Assembly: GCA_020891255.1 (NCBI GenBank)
Contig: BQFW01000013.1
Coordinates: forward strand, 2,294,001-2,358,000
Reading direction: 5' to 3'
Length of the DNA stretch: 64,000 nucleotides
Source: Entomortierella parvispora E1425
Lineage: Eukaryota; Fungi; Mortierellomycota
In this document: positions 29,493 through 39,981 of the stretch, piece by piece
Position numbering within the stretch: position 1 is the first letter of the stretch
How the letters are laid out: the number at the start of each line of letters is the position of its first letter
Made by a program: the position numbers and the translations under genes
Notes under the pieces: model-generated
The model's database searches: none
Told to the model about the DNA's origin: nothing
The model's input: the letters and a program-made list of their open reading frames with translations, nothing else

Positions 29493-29639
29493 TGTCGTGA
29501 ATCAAGACTAGGCAAGACGGGATTGGATGACCCTTCCAAGGACGGGAAATGTGGGAGAGGAACAAGGTGGTCTTTCAGTTGGAGTATTTTGTCTTTGAAT
29601 TTTCAAGGCTGACTTTTATTATTAATAGAAGCAAACCGT

Positions 29640-31236
29640 CTAGGAAGAAACAATCTGTTGTTGACAACAAAAAGTGTCTACTGGACAAACACCAGGTACT
29701 GATGTAAATATCACTTCACCAGGTAGATCACCGGTTGCACAGGAAGCAAGGCACCCAGATCCTAAATTATTAGTAACACAGGAGGAGGGTTCTTGCATTT
29801 GACAACATATTGTGATTGGGGTATTTCCTGGGCAGTCTTGGAAAGCCGCTGCCGCTGCAAGATACTCCACCCCAGCGACATCACCAGTAGCACAAGTAGC
29901 TAAACATATTCCATGCGCACTTGCGCAAAGTGTGCCAATTGCTGAAGTTGGGCTTGGGGTCGCAGACGTTGATGTAGTAGTGGCGGTTATGGACGGCCCT
30001 CCTCCTCCTTCTACAGTCGTTGTAGATGCGGTGGTGGCCGTCCCTCCCCCACCTCCTCCAGCGGTCGGTGTAGTGGTGGCTATAGTTGTGGTTGTTGCTT
30101 TGGTTGTTGTTGCTGTGGTAGTGGTGGTAGTGGTGGTAGTGGTGGTAGTGGTGGTGGTGGTGGTGGTGGTGCGAGTCGTCGGTTTGGTAGTGGTGACTGC
30201 TGTAGTGGCAGCGGTAGTGCGAGTCGTCGGTTTGGTAGTGGTGACTGTTGTGGTGGCAGTGGTGGTGTAAGTCGTTGGTTTGGTAGTGGTGACCGCTGTG
30301 GTGGCAGTGGTGGTGTAAGTCGTTGGTTTGGTAGTGGTGACCGCTGTGGTGGCAGTGGTGGTGTAAGTCGTTGGTTTGGTAGTGGTGACCGCTGTGGTGA
30401 CCGCTGTGGTGGCAGTGGTGGTGTAAGTCGTTGGTTTGGTAGTGGTGACCGCTGTGGTGGCAGTGATGGTGCGAGTCGTTGGTGTCGTGGCTGCTGCTAT
30501 TCTTGCTGCTGTGGTGGTTGTCCCTTCTCCTCCAGTTGATGTAAAGATGACTCTGACTGTTATTCCACGTGAAGTGGTTGTTGCGGTGTTTGTAGACACT
30601 GGAGTGGTGGCTATTGTCTTCGGAGTAGTGGTTTTGATTGTGTGAGAGATTTCAGTTGCTGCTGCTTTGGTCGTCGGCGTGGTGGTAGCAGAGGTAATAA
30701 TTCTAGGGCCTGATTTTTTGTAGGGGAACATAGTGTTAGTGACAGAAATGTTGCCTGTCTACTCCAATAGCTGGGATTCAAAAGGAAGAATAGTGCTAAT
30801 AGGAAGCATTCAAAAAAAAAAAAAAAAAAAAAAAAACTGGGAATACGTCCTTACAAACAACAGGCGTCGTCCTATGGCACTGATGATTCCTTTGGCGATG
30901 GTGAGGCTTCTTGCGACGATGTTGAAGTTTCTTGTTACATTTATGGGGTTTCTTGGTGCATTGATGATATTTTTGTTGACGGTGACGAGGCCCCCCTTCG
31001 CGTTTATTGCACTTTTTACGAGGGTGCCAGTTACTGTGCATTTGGCTGTCTACCTCGGAATGTTCCGTGTAAGTTGCTTCGCGGTGGAGATGCCGTTGGA
31101 TGCTCTTGTGATTATGGTGCTGATTCCTAACTCGGCCTTGAATGCTGGTACCAGCGCCATCTGCCACGCAAATCGATCCAACGCAGATTGAGAGAGCCAG
31201 TGAGGTCCCAGCAAGCTTACCAAGTGAAAGTTTCAT
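29640..31236 (-). CDS. Secreted mucin-like protein (483 aa): signal peptide, His/Lys/Arg-rich region, Thr-rich repeats, two C-terminal 6-Cys modules; exons 31236-30855 and 30709-29640
   Basis: MKLSLGKLAGTSLALSICVG signal. The T|GTAAGG...CACTAAC...TCAG|GC intron keeps the frame (382+1070 nt). TTKPTTYTTTATTAV repeats, and C-x6/8-C-x3-C-x17/19-CP-x4/7-CC twice. Confidence 0.82.
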
Positions 31237-31405
31237 GTGAATGAATGGGTCAGTCGTAAGACTAGGATCTAATACTGGAAGTTTAAGAAGAAAAGAGATG
31301 TGAGCGGAAACTAAGGCAGGAAATGCAAATAAATGTCCTGGAAAAATACAGACAAAATTAAAAAATAGGGGCATTAATAAAGCATATTAACAGTAGGACG
31401 ATCAT

Positions 31406-31506
31406 CATTCCTAAGGTTATCATTCCTGCGTAAAACGGATTGTTATCATTCCACAATCACAGAATTACCATTCTCGAGTCGATTATTCCTGGATTATTAT
31501 CATTCC
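31406..31506. promoter_or_regulatory. Five CATTCY motifs (three overlapping TTATC/GATA) 170-270 bp upstream of the mucin start codon
   Basis: CATTCC at 31406, 31421, 31447 and 31501; CATTCT at 31469. Function is inferred only. Confidence 0.4.
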
Positions 31507-32167
31507 ACAATTGCAGAATTACTGGTTTAGTCTCACAAGGTCAGAGGCTCTAAAGCAGCAACGTCACAGAAGTGATCTACTGCAACGGCCGACTCAGAGC
31601 ACAGATCAAGCCAGATTTGCCAAACGCGGGCCGTGTCCAAATTTAGGTTGCGATCGACTCGCCCCATAGGCTGAAGCAAATGGAAAGGGAACTCGCGTCA
31701 AAAATAGCAGCTGGAAACAAAGAACAAAGGAAACAATGGAACAAAGACAGAAACAAGGAACAACTGCCGCCTAGAGGCCCCACTTCAATGATCAACACAC
31801 ACCTCGTAGGCACATATAAAGAAAAGCACAAGAAAAATAAAGAAAATCAAGCGCCTTTGGACACAATTTTTGCCCTCTTTTGGTCGAGGGGTCTCCCCGA
31901 AGGCCGTTCTACATTCTGCGAGGAGCAATCTCATATTGTTAAACGTGATCCATCTTTATTTTAGCGCCTCCAAAAAAAAGAGAAAAAAGAAATTTTTCGA
32001 GGATCATGAACCTCACCATCGCAGCTAAGGATGACCCTACGCGAAAGAGCAAACAAGGGCGGGTGGGAGGGAACAATATGAGATTGCTCCTCGCAGAATG
32101 TAGAATGGCCTTCGGGGAGACCCCTCGACCAAAAGAGGGCATTCTACTTCGGAGCAATCACATATTG

Positions 32168-35100
32168 TTACTCCAAAGAGACAGGACCAGTAAGAGTGAC
32201 TTTAGTCAAATTCGTCGTGGTCCGCTTGGAAAGCCGATAAAAGGCATCGAACGTCGCTGAGTGTGCCCAAAACCCTTGGGCCTGCACTTCGTCGACGGAT
32301 GCACCGTGCTCTACTGCCAGAGATGAGCCAATGGAGCGACCGGATGGCATTGAGCTACCTTCTTGACGAGGGATCCGAGAGGAGACATTCTTGATATGGC
32401 GGCTAATGGTCTGAGAACCGACCACCCTGTCCACCATACGAATGTGTCGAATCAACGGTAAGTATTCCCGATTGATGCGAGGATGCTTCACGGGTTTGAC
32501 TGACGAACCCTCTAGGCGTGCAACATAAGACTTGTACGCCTCGACAGGACAAAAAAGGGGGTTGTCGTGGGGATGAATGAAGACAGACTTGATGATTGGA
32601 CAATTCTGTCTTTTCTCCTTGGGGCCCAGGACTTGGAGCTCCAAAGCCCCCGAGCAGAGGACCGGGCTGTGAGCCAAGTCTACGCGGGCAATATCTGATG
32701 GGCGCATGAAACCACAGACCGCCAACAACCAACAAAGTTTGGGCACCAATAGGTCGTCCTTGAGGCCATCGTTCGGACCCAAATTGGTGAAGAACTCGAG
32801 GACTGGAGAAACATCGACAGGGCTATTAGTGTGGTCACGGATTTGATCGCTGCTCAAATGCAAAAAGAACTCCTTGAAAAAGGGGTTCGCCCAGATCAGA
32901 TCTCGATTAGAGAGCATGTTGAGGATGCTCGATCTATGGGCATTGACTGTGCCCAGAGACCATTTCTTGGTCGTGATCTGCTCCGAAAGGTAGTTCAAGA
33001 CCTGGAAGGGGGACGGGGCTTGAGCATCGAGGCCCTGGTCCGAGCAATACGCGATCCAGGCCCTCTGGGGGGAGCTGTAGGACTTTGCTCGAGAGCGAGC
33101 GAGAGCTGACTGTGAAAAAATGGACACAGTAGCCGGTGACGCGCCTTGACCCTCGATGCGTTGGCGTTGAGCTTCCACGCCGCCAACGTCCAGGGCAGAG
33201 GATTCCCGTCGGGAAAAAAGGCGTGTCCTTCTTCCTTTGGGAGAATGAGCGGTGGACCGACCTGTAGGTCCAGGAGGGTCGGGTACCAGATCGCCGAGTG
33301 CCACAGGGGAGAGAAGCTGAGATCCTTGACTAGGGTGCCTGAGACTCTCTCCCGCTGCATCTTGGACAGAGTGTGCGATATCATCGCCCACGGGGGGCAG
33401 GCGAAGATCCTCTCGTGCTTTCATGGGATCGAGAGAGCGTCCGTCGCCACTGCCTGGGGATCCCATTGCCACGTCGCGAATCTCGGGAGCTGGTGGTTCT
33501 TCCGACTCGCAAAGAGATCGATGGAGTGGGGACCCAACTGCTGATCGATCCGCTGGAAGGAGGTGCGACTGAGTGACCACTCCGTCTGGAGCCACAGGTT
33601 GCGCGATGGGATGTCCGCAGGGTTGTCCTCGGACTGGATGAATGTCGTCATGATTCGGGTTCCTGTCGCCAGACAGTAATCCCAAATGAGACGAGCCAGA
33701 TCCACCAGGGGGGATGAACGTGTTCCCCCGAACTTGGTGATGTAGGACAAAGTGGTTGTCGAGTCCGAATGAACTCGTACTACCTTGCCCTTGATGTCTG
33801 GATCCTGAATCGCTCTCCAGACTGTGTGCAGTTCCCGCCAGTTGATAGACTGGAGTCTTTCCTTTGTCGACCACGGTCCTGATAAGGTCTCGGTCACTGT
33901 CACAATGCCCCAACCCCAGTCGCTCGCATCCGTGAAGAGCTCCACGTCCGGGTGTTGCGGAAGGAAAGACTGTCCCGTCCAGCTCATAAGGTGGTCGCAC
34001 CACCACTCCAGGTCCTCTCTGGCTCCCGGAGTTAGGGTGGTGGAGTCGCTCCATGTTTTCCCTGAAGCGAGAGTAGTGTCCTTGCAGGACAAGAGGCGGC
34101 GGGTCTGCAAACGAGCGGGCAGGACCGCTAAAACCGCGGCTTGGGCCTTGCCCAAAAAAGAGGCCAGTCGACGCAGAGGGACCAGCGTTGACTGGAACAG
34201 GTGTAGAGCTTCCCGACGAAGATCCCGCACCTTGTCCTTGGGAAGAGACAGGGTCATCTTGCGGGTGTTGATGAAGAAACCGAGATGTTTGATAACCCGA
34301 GTCGGTTTGAAAACGGACTTGTCGAGGTTGATCCGATAACCCAGGCTCTCTAGCTTCGCTCGGACCTGTTGGGCCTGGGCCCGAGCCAAGGTCTTGGAAG
34401 ACGCTGCCAAGAGGATGTCGTCCAAGTACGGGGAGAGACGGATGCCCACCGATCTCGCCCATCTGATGACTGGGCGAAGGATCTTCGTAAAGACCCATGG
34501 GCTTAGGGACAAGCCAAAAGGGAGGACTCGGAACTGAAAACGACGGCCACCCCAATCGAACTGAAGGAGCTTGCGGGACGCCTGATGGACGAGAATGTGA
34601 AGAAACGCGTCCGTTAGATCGATGGATGTCAACCAATCCTTGCGCCGAATCATACGGCAAACTTGTTGTACCGACTCCATCTTGAAGCGGTGGCGTGGAA
34701 GATGGGAGTTTACCTGTCGTAGATTTAAGACTGGGCGAAGTTTGCCATTCGATTTGGCTATCACGAAAAGGGGGGACCGATGTCCCTCCTCCGTTGGGGA
34801 GACTTCCTCGATTGCTTGTTTGGTGAGGAGTTGAAGGACCTCCTCGTCCAAGGCTGCTTGGGCCTCGAGAGACAGTGGGTACGAGACTGTCTTTGTCGCT
34901 GACACTGGTGGGATCGAGGTCAGGGGAATCTTGAACCCCTTCTCGATCGTCGAGCGAACCCAGCGCTCGTCCGTGAGACGCCGCCAGGCTGACCGGAAAC
35001 GTGCTAACCGCCCTCCTATTGCGTCCGGCTCTGAGGAGGAGGGCGAGAAAAACCCGACTTGTCTTTGCCCTTAGGGCCTGAAGACGCAGATCTGGTCGTG

Positions 35101-35944
35101 CCCGATGAAACCGGCTCCGAAGATTTTTCAGGCTGAGCCTGAGGTTGGGACGACGCGGAACGAGTTGTCTTAGCTTCGGGGGAACGACCACGGGGCTTTT
35201 TCTTAGGCCTGGCACGGCCTTTGCGGGATGAACCCGGCTCTGAGGACTTGGCTTGAGGCTGCCAAATGCGAGTATTTGTCTCCATGACTGCCAAGAGGTC
35301 GGCCATGACCTTGGTCTCCACCAAGTAAGGCGCAGAGGCGCTGGACACCTGGGGAGGGTTCCTGACCTTGGGGTTGACCCATCGGATGATGTTATCGAGT
35401 CGGGTTTGCGAGATCGCAGAAGCCTGACCGGACGGGAGGCGGCGGATGCCGGCGAGATGTTCCATGACCGTGAGGAAAGGAAGACGCTCCTGGGGCACCC
35501 GGGACGTACGTTCCATGAAATAATCCAAGTACTTGGTTGTTTGGGACAGTTGGAACTGAATGTCGGACAGCTGCTTATCGTGCGCTTTAAGCTCTGCTGG
35601 GAGGGAGAGTCCCTCTGGTGGCACGGGGGTGGAATAGTCGTGGCCAACGATGGCAGGGCTTCTTGCTGCAAAAGCTGCTTTTTCAGAGGGGGCCAACGGC
35701 GCCAAACAAAATGGAGTTTTGAAAAGACAACCAGAACCGAACGTAGTGAGGTCGATGAAATTCTGGTTGGGAACGTATCCGAGAGTAGACTGGAGGGGAA
35801 AGAGCTCGGGATCGAAGTCACCAGTTGACTTCTGGTGGATGCCAATGAGTGCGGCCAACTGCTGTTCCAGCTGGGCCATCCTGACATCAAGGGGAACGGG
35901 ATCGGCGGCCATCTGAGCCGAAGGTCCGTCAGAGGAGTGTCCAT
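32168..35944 (-). CDS. Long overprinted ORF (1258 aa from the second AUG) ending in the tyrosine recombinase
   Basis: ATG TCT A ATG at the gag start. The frame is stop-free to 32168, with FMRPSD, GPKE, FCPV, PSGR, GFW and DAFY. Confidence 0.85.
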   Translation of the reverse strand: MDTPLTDLRLRWPPIPFPLMSGWPSWNSSWPHSLASTRSQLVTSIPSSFPSSLLSDTFPTRISSTSLRSVLVVFSKLHFVWRRWPPLKKQLLQQEALPSLATTIPPPCHQRDSPSQQSLKRTISSCPTFSSNCPKQPSTWIISWNVRPGCPRSVFLSSRSWNISPASAASRPVRLLRSRKPDSITSSDGSTPRSGTLPRCPAPLRLTWWRPRSWPTSWQSWRQILAFGSLKPSPQSRVHPAKAVPGLRKSPVVVPPKLRQLVPRRPNLRLSLKNLRSRFHRARPDLRLQALRAKTSRVFLALLLRAGRNRRAVSTFPVSLAASHGRALGSLDDREGVQDSPDLDPTSVSDKDSLVPTVSRGPSSLGRGGPSTPHQTSNRGSLPNGGGTSVPPFRDSQIEWQTSPSLKSTTGKLPSSTPPLQDGVGTTSLPYDSAQGLVDIHRSNGRVSSHSRPSGVPQAPSVRLGWPSFSVPSPPFWLVPKPMGLYEDPSPSHQMGEIGGHPSLPVLGRHPLGSVFQDLGSGPGPTGPSEAREPGLSDQPRQVRFQTDSGYQTSRFLHQHPQDDPVSSQGQGAGSSSGSSTPVPVNAGPSASTGLFFGQGPSRGFSGPARSFADPPPLVLQGHYSRFRENMERLHHPNSGSQRGPGVVVRPPYELDGTVFPSATPGRGALHGCERLGLGHCDSDRDLIRTVVDKGKTPVYQLAGTAHSLESDSGSRHQGQGSTSSFGLDNHFVLHHQVRGNTFIPPGGSGSSHLGLLSGDRNPNHDDIHPVRGQPCGHPIAQPVAPDGVVTQSHLLPADRSAVGSPLHRSLCESEEPPAPEIRDVAMGSPGSGDGRSLDPMKAREDLRLPPVGDDIAHSVQDAAGESLRHPSQGSQLLSPVALGDLVPDPPGPTGRSTAHSPKGRRTRLFSRRESSALDVGGVEAQRQRIEGQGASPATVSIFSQSALARSRAKSYSSPQRAWIAYCSDQGLDAQAPSPFQVLNYLSEQITTKKWSLGTVNAHRSSILNMLSNRDLIWANPFFKEFFLHLSSDQIRDHTNSPVDVSPVLEFFTNLGPNDGLKDDLLVPKLCWLLAVCGFMRPSDIARVDLAHSPVLCSGALELQVLGPKEKRQNCPIIKSVFIHPHDNPLFCPVEAYKSYVARLEGSSVKPVKHPRINREYLPLIRHIRMVDRVVGSQTISRHIKNVSSRIPRQEGSSMPSGRSIGSSLAVEHGASVDEVQAQGFWAHSATFDAFYRLSKRTTTNLTKVTLTGPVSLE
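32995..35055 (-). pseudogene. pol: DIRS Pol (RT, RNase H, MTase) with TGG->TGA at 33421-33423
   Basis: IGGRL..F..AW, LRPVLNLR, IDLTDAF, LPFGL, PYLDD, FTDAS, DLFAS; DALSIP*KHERIFACPPW continues in the same frame past the stop. Confidence 0.88.
35009..35055 (-). other. Candidate -1 frameshift signal (G GGU UUU + 9-bp stem)
   Basis: The heptamer 35055-35049 is in gag frame. CGCCCTCCT (35045-35037) pairs with AGGAGGGCG (35017-35009), and the -1 frame is open into IGGRL. Confidence 0.6.
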
Positions 35945-35951
35945 TAGACAT
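35016..35951 (-). CDS. gag: DIRS Gag-like protein
   Basis: RMAQLEQQL coiled coil, YSTPVPP...HDKQLSDIQFQLSQTTKYLDYF, and a basic tail. Confidence 0.85.
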   Translation of the reverse strand: MSNGHSSDGPSAQMAADPVPLDVRMAQLEQQLAALIGIHQKSTGDFDPELFPLQSTLGYVPNQNFIDLTTFGSGCLFKTPFCLAPLAPSEKAAFAARSPAIVGHDYSTPVPPEGLSLPAELKAHDKQLSDIQFQLSQTTKYLDYFMERTSRVPQERLPFLTVMEHLAGIRRLPSGQASAISQTRLDNIIRWVNPKVRNPPQVSSASAPYLVETKVMADLLAVMETNTRIWQPQAKSSEPGSSRKGRARPKKKPRGRSPEAKTTRSASSQPQAQPEKSSEPVSSGTTRSASSGPKGKDKSGFSRPPPQSRTQ

Positions 35952-36907
35952 AAGTGAAACAGTGTAGGAATGAAAACGCGGAGGGAATCCAGCGAAAAGA
36001 TGGTGAGGTTCATGATCCTCGAAAAATTTCTTTTTCTCTTTTTTTTGGAGGCGCTAAAATAAAGATGGATCACGTTTAACAATATGAGATTGCTCCGAAG
36101 TAGAATAGTCGAAAACCTTGTCTTCCATTGTAGTTCTTCTCGAGCCGCTACCAAAAAAAAAAAAAAAAAAAAAAAAAGTTGGAGGGAGCGAGGACAGATT
36201 TTTTAGCGGTCAACAATGCCAATTCTGGTCGCTCCTTTTCTAGCATCACCCCAGAATGGAGGGTCTGCGCAACCACAACGCGACTAGCGGTGACCGAGTC
36301 ATAGCTTGTGTCCATGCACAGTCATCCCATTCTGTTTCTGTCCTTTCCTTTCTTCCGGCCACTAGTTCATTTTCGTTCTATTACAAAAACCAGCTTTTTC
36401 TTCTCCATTAAAATTTGTCTCTATGGGGTCCTTACAAGAATCACAGAGCACAGCTCCATCAAAATATGTGGCTTGCCACCAAATGTCGCGTCTCTTGCCA
36501 CCAAAAGCGCGTCTTGCCACCAACTGTCGCGTCTCCTGACGCCAGAAAAACGCGCTCAGAACAAAACCCAACAATTGAGGCGAGGAGACAAAGCGTAGGT
36601 AGAGATGTTATGAAGAAAGAAGATGATGATCTACACCACCAACTCCCTTAGATTGAACTATGCATGTGCGCCAATCTTTGAGGGTCAACGCCGCAATGCT
36701 GCATTCAAGTCACTCCTGTCCTCAACACCAGAGTTCCCCCTTTACTGGAAAGACGCGTTTGCGCGTTTGCGCAACAGCACCGCGACTTTTGGGCGACTTT
36801 TTTTGTGTTTCGTGTCCACACACATTCATGCCTTTCTCCTTTCTTCCGTTCATTCGTTATTCCTTTCCCTTCCATGTCAAAAAGTAGATGTCCCGCTGAA
36901 AATCGGT

Positions 36908-37834
36908 TTATTGCTGATTCAAACACTGGCGAATCTCAACGACCTGCAGTTGAAGCATCTGCGCCGTCCTAAAAATGTCGTCAAGTCGACGACGTAGTTG
37001 TTCGTCCGACAGAGATCCAGAACGTTCAACCGGTTTTTGCATCGTACTTGTCTCTTGAACAGGATGTGAACCGCTTTGCACCTGAATCTGCTCTTCTTTT
37101 CGCCTTTTGTGGTTCATTCCTTGGAGAGGGTTGGTAACGTCAGGTTCAGACGACTGTGATTGGGCGTATCGTTCCTCGGTCTGTCTCCGTTTCCCGCGAC
37201 GCACGGACTTTGAGGGTGCATACTCCAAGACAGCTTCATTAAGATCAAAGAGTTTCTCCACCAGTCTGAGTAGGTGAGTGGGCGTCGCCTCTTCTCCTGT
37301 CTCGGTCACAGCCTCACGAAGTTCCGCATACGATTTGAGTAGCTGATCATGCATGGCTAAAAGAGCCGTCCCCGTGACCCCCTCCAGTGCCTGTTCCTTC
37401 GCTTCCAGCGTCGTGGCCAGATCTCCAAAGAAATGGCGGTCAAAGTTGGGTGGGATCAGATCCTTCTTCTCCTGCAGTGAAATCACCAGTTCCTGAAGTT
37501 CTCCAATCAGGAACAGGACGGCCACCAAAACATAGGCCTGGTTCCTCCCGTCTGAAGTGTATCGTAGAAGAGAGTATCTCGAGATATAGCCGCTTTCTGG
37601 TCGATCCTCCAGATTTGTACGCTGGGGTTTCCGGGAAACAACCTGCGCCTCGAAAAACTGGGAACCTACAAAAGTTGTCCGAGCGTGAGCGTGCTGCATT
37701 TCAGTTTCAACAGGAGCACACATGTTGCACAATGACCAACCCCTTTTGCCCTCAAGCAGAGGTAAAACATGAGGCGGATCTCTAAAATAGCCCATCAGGT
37801 CTCCAGGAGAGGCATTGTTCTTGTGCGAGCTCAT
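36908..37834 (-). CDS. Hypothetical protein (~308 aa), helical with a charged C-terminal coiled coil
   Basis: Long uninterrupted ORF with protein-like composition; no family recognised. Confidence 0.5.
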   Translation of the reverse strand: MSSHKNNASPGDLMGYFRDPPHVLPLLEGKRGWSLCNMCAPVETEMQHAHARTTFVGSQFFEAQVVSRKPQRTNLEDRPESGYISRYSLLRYTSDGRNQAYVLVAVLFLIGELQELVISLQEKKDLIPPNFDRHFFGDLATTLEAKEQALEGVTGTALLAMHDQLLKSYAELREAVTETGEEATPTHLLRLVEKLFDLNEAVLEYAPSKSVRRGKRRQTEERYAQSQSSEPDVTNPLQGMNHKRRKEEQIQVQSGSHPVQETSTMQKPVERSGSLSDEQLRRRLDDIFRTAQMLQLQVVEIRQCLNQQ

Positions 37835-38049
37835 GATGGGCGAGATGGTGTTAATGGAATGACCATTAAAGCTCGGCTGCACACATAGGCTCGACCCAGA
37901 CCGAGCTGTTGTCTCACGTGCAGGTCAGCTTTCACATACACAGGCGAGGGCGTCTTTTCTCTTTTCTCCCCTCTTCCCTCTTCCCTCTTCCCTCTTCCCC
38001 CACCTCTCTTCCCTCTTCGCCTTTCGCTCTTCACCCGGTCCTGTCGCGT

Positions 38050-39700
38050 TCGGCCTCTTCGTCACTCCATCGCAATCAATTAATCCCTTGCTCCATCAGA
38101 GCTGACGTGCATGCTCCGTTTGGGTTGTGTGTCAGAAGGAGCATGCATGCACGCAACCGAAAGGACGAATTCGACGCCCGGCATTGTCTTCCGTTCTGTG
38201 ATACTAAGTTCTTGACCCAGGACTTTTCCAACATGTTGACCCAAGTTGCTATCCATCTCGCACTTCCATGATGTTCTTGACCACGATGACTAGGACCGTA
38301 CATGATCAGGCTTGTACCTGAATCCCTGAATGAATGGAAAGGCAACGACCATCATTGACTTGCAAACATCCAGTCGGAACCCACACTCATTCTTCTTTCT
38401 CTTTGACATAGCATTTGACTCAAGTCTGGAGTACATCAGCCTTGGCGACATCATGCAAGCTGCTCTTGGCACGATTGTCGTTCAACTAAGGATCTGGAAT
38501 AGCCTGATGTCCACCATCGGACAAGGACTGGGTTCAATGTTCACACCAAGACCATTGAAAAGGTCGCCAGGAATTTGAGGTAGATCTTTCGGACATCTGG
38601 ATCGGTCTGCGATCCAGTCGCCAAGGCATAATACCATTCTGTAAGCTTGTCTCCTCGATCAGGGTATTCAAATTCAAGCACGTACTGAACAGCCTCTTAG
38701 GATTGACCAAACGATGTGAGCAAGTCTCCACGCCACCCAAGAATACAGAGCCATAGATCTCATCCCAGACACTTTTAGTGAGGAAGACAGAAAGACACCA
38801 CTGGACCTGGATATGGAACAGAGGAATGGAGCAGCAGGATGGACTGCAAGCAAAAAAAAGTTCAGATATATGCAGGTACTCCATCACTATTCTCGCTAAG
38901 CATTTTTTTTTTTTTTTTTTTTTGCGACATCCTTGAATCAAATGGCAACAAGAGTTTCCAAAACTGCGACTGTCCTGTACTGCTGACAGTGGGTCAACAA
39001 CCTTAGGTCTTCACGTTGTTCGACCACGGAAATAGAAAAGTATCGATTCTATAATATCTCAAGCCTTCGGTGCTAAAAATGAAGCTACCGCAAAGAATAG
39101 CTGGTCCTTTCCTGAAAATAAACCCGGACTGCATCGAGAACAAAAAGATCATCAAGACGATCTTCAAGAATAGCATCTCCAAAGAGTTTGATATGCTAAA
39201 TAAAGCCTCCTTAATTTTCGAGAACATTCCCGGCTGCATTTGGAAAAGTTTAGTGGAAGAAGGTCTACTATCTAATATAAACAATCTACCATATTCAACA
39301 TCTGAACTACAGAGCAACTGGCTCTTGGCTACCACAGCGCGACAATGTCGCGAAAAAGAGGGTGGGTTTCACCGCTTATACATTTATACATCACAGCAAT
39401 GGAGGAGTTGCCGTTGAAGTTCTGTCATTAGTGATGTTGTGCCAACATGCAGATGATGCACCAGGAACTAGCTGTGCAGAACTCATGGGAAAGGGGATTG
39501 CTTGCGAGGGAGAGGATAGACGCCGAAGGATTTCACTGTCAAGGGTGCTGACCAAGTATCAACGTCGATCTCAGCCGGGGGAGAAAAGTTCAAACTTGTA
39601 GGGATGCAAACTTGATCCTTTCCATCCATGCACTTCCAATCGGGTCCAGACTGGGACGTCGGGTGCAGTCGAGAGTAAACAAGCACTGCGTCGCACAAGC
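38050..39700 (+). pseudogene. Copy c of the unidentified decayed gene family (rearranged, contains a DIRS end)
   Basis: 38270-38530 matches 6300-6860 and 58200-58750; 39270-39600 matches 7300-7640. The left boundary is approximate. Confidence 0.55.
38998..39034 (+). mobile_element. Isolated right-end extension of DIRS family 3
   Basis: CAACCTTAGGTCTTCACGTTGTTCGACCACGGAAATA. Confidence 0.7.
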
Positions 39701-39981
39701 ATTCGCCCTCTCTTTTCCTTCTCTTTGTTCTCCCAGGCGAGATGAGATGGACCTGGGAAGAATTTTTTTTGAGGAAAACAGGTGCGGCAATAATGCCCTC
39801 ACGCTCCTCTCTTTTCTTTCCACTTTTTCTCGCCTTTTTTTTTTTTTTTTTTGTTCTCTCGTACTCTACCTGCCAGCAGCCAGAATATCCAACAACTCCC
39901 AAGGTACTGTGTCCGCAACGGCAAGTCATGAATGCTCAGCAAGCAAAGACTGATATGTGCTTTGTATATAGCACTGTCAAC

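Larger units (their letters stand above)
31871..36106 (-). mobile_element. Full-length DIRS retrotransposon (family 2) with one nonsense codon in the methyltransferase region
   Basis: Left ITR about 36106-36000, right ITR about 32018-31920, right extension to 31871, and ICR about 32072-32170 (AAAAGAGGGC|ATTCTACTTC). A single A is shared at the junctions. Confidence 0.93.
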
